Assembly (NCBI GenBank): GCA_038087875.1
Contig: CM075988.1
Coordinates: forward strand, 21,082,001 to 21,146,000
DNA from: Malacoraja senta
Lineage: Eukaryota
Length of the DNA: 64,000 bases
Direction of reading: 5' to 3'
A model generated the notes under the pieces. It ran no database searches, had not been told where the DNA came from, and saw nothing but the letters and a program-made list of their open reading frames with translations. Positions 62,801 to 64,000 of this stretch are shown here, one piece after another (the stretch's first letter is position 1; each line of letters starts with the position of its first letter). The translations under genes were made by a program, and so were the position numbers.

Positions 62801-64000
62801 GACTTCATCCTGTGTCGGTCAAATGCACTCACTGGTGCTGAGAGTGAAGGGGTCACGGAGGCTGGTGAAGCAACAAATACTGCCTGACCCACTGCTCAGA
62901 GTAAAACCAGAGGTGGGCAAGCAAGGTATGAAAAGGACGTGCAGAGCGATGTCAACAGGTTAGTATGGGAGACACAGTGACGCAGCTGGTAGAGCCACTG
63001 CCTCACAGCGTCGTAAACCCGGCTCAATCCCGACCTCGAGTCTGCGTGGAGTTTGCACGCTCCCCCTGTGATGGCGTGGAATTCCTAAGAATGCTCCGCT
63101 TTCCTCCCACATCCCAAAGGCCTGTGTGTCGGTGGGTTAATTGGCCTCTGTAAAATTGCCCCCCCCCCCTTGTGTGTAGGGAGTGGATGAGACAGTGGGA
63201 TAACGTGGTACTAGGTGTCAATGGATGATCGGGGGGGCCAGTGTGGACTCGGTGGGCCGATGGGCTTGCTTCAATGCCGGTATCATTAAACTAAACTGAA
63301 GAAATTTGGAGAAATGCGAAGTCGCCTCTTTGGAAGGAGGAATGGGTAAGCAAACTATTATTCAAGGGATGTGAAGTTGCTAAATGTCCTTCGGAAAGAT
63401 AGGGCGACGTTGTACGAGAAACACAGAGAGAGATAGCATGTACGTAAGCAGGTGAATGGAGCACAAAGTTAAGGAAGTCTTATTACAAAAATACAGTGTG
63501 TAGGTGAGACGTCACCCGATGGACACCTATGGAGGAGCTACTTGCAATGCAGACAATTCAGGGAAGGTTCACCAGGTTAATTCGTGGGATTGTTTTGAAA
63601 GGAAAGATTGGGTCTATGTTCTTTGGAGTTTAAAGTATGAGACCCAGGGTGGGAATGTCCGACAATAGAGGGCACGGCTAGTAGGTGAGAGGGGGGGGGG
63701 GTTATTGGAGATGTGCGGGGTAAGTTTTTTTACACAGAGAGTAGTGGGGGCCTGGAACACACTGCCAGGGGGTGGAGCCTGATACAACAGTGGTGTTTAA
63801 GATGCTTTTAGATAGACGCATGGAACAGAGGGTCATAGATCTCGTGCGGGCAGATGATTGTTGGTCTTGACATCATGATCGGTACTGGCATTGTGGGCCG
63901 AAGGGCCTGTTTCTGGGCTCTTCTATGTTCTATTATGAACTCTTCTATGTTCTATTATGAACAAACCTCAGTTACAGAGATTGTTATCGCGTGTTTACGC

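Noticed and set aside
63919..63963. 22-bp direct duplication (and a 12-bp one near 11322-11345)
   Set aside because: Ordinary slippage or LINE-tail duplication with no further structure.
62060..64000. NCAM1 VASE mini-exon (ASWTRPEKQE) or the next Ig4 exon
   Set aside because: No matching sequence found by eye; probably beyond the window or absent.

Overview
Vertebrate genomic DNA. The repeat content (HE1/V-SINE plus CR1/HER1-type LINE tails) points to an elasmobranch, probably a skate or ray; this is inferred. The whole window lies inside one + strand gene, an NCAM1-like neural cell adhesion molecule. Seven consecutive coding exons, equivalent to human exons 2-8 (Ig1-Ig4), lie at 37354-37427, 46977-47189, 47764-47907, 55283-55420, 58503-58620, 59280-59443 and 61917-62059, all with AG/GT boundaries and matching phases. 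Positions 1-37353 appear to be the 3' part of the large first intron. The first of these exons is 1 nt short, an apparent frameshift. Introns are a nested patchwork of about 30 HE1-type SINEs, 3' fragments of CR1-like and Rex1/Babar-like LINEs, hAT and Harbinger MITEs, L1-like tails and micro/minisatellites. The most notable non-genic signal is a dense family of Penelope-like 3'-terminal fragments carrying a minimal hammerhead-ribozyme motif (CTGAAGA-A-GGGT-YTCG-RCCC-GAAACGTY). They are often inserted as ~150-250 bp fold-back units with 10-19 bp target-site duplications. All calls were made by eye, and repeat boundaries are approximate unless TSDs are quoted.
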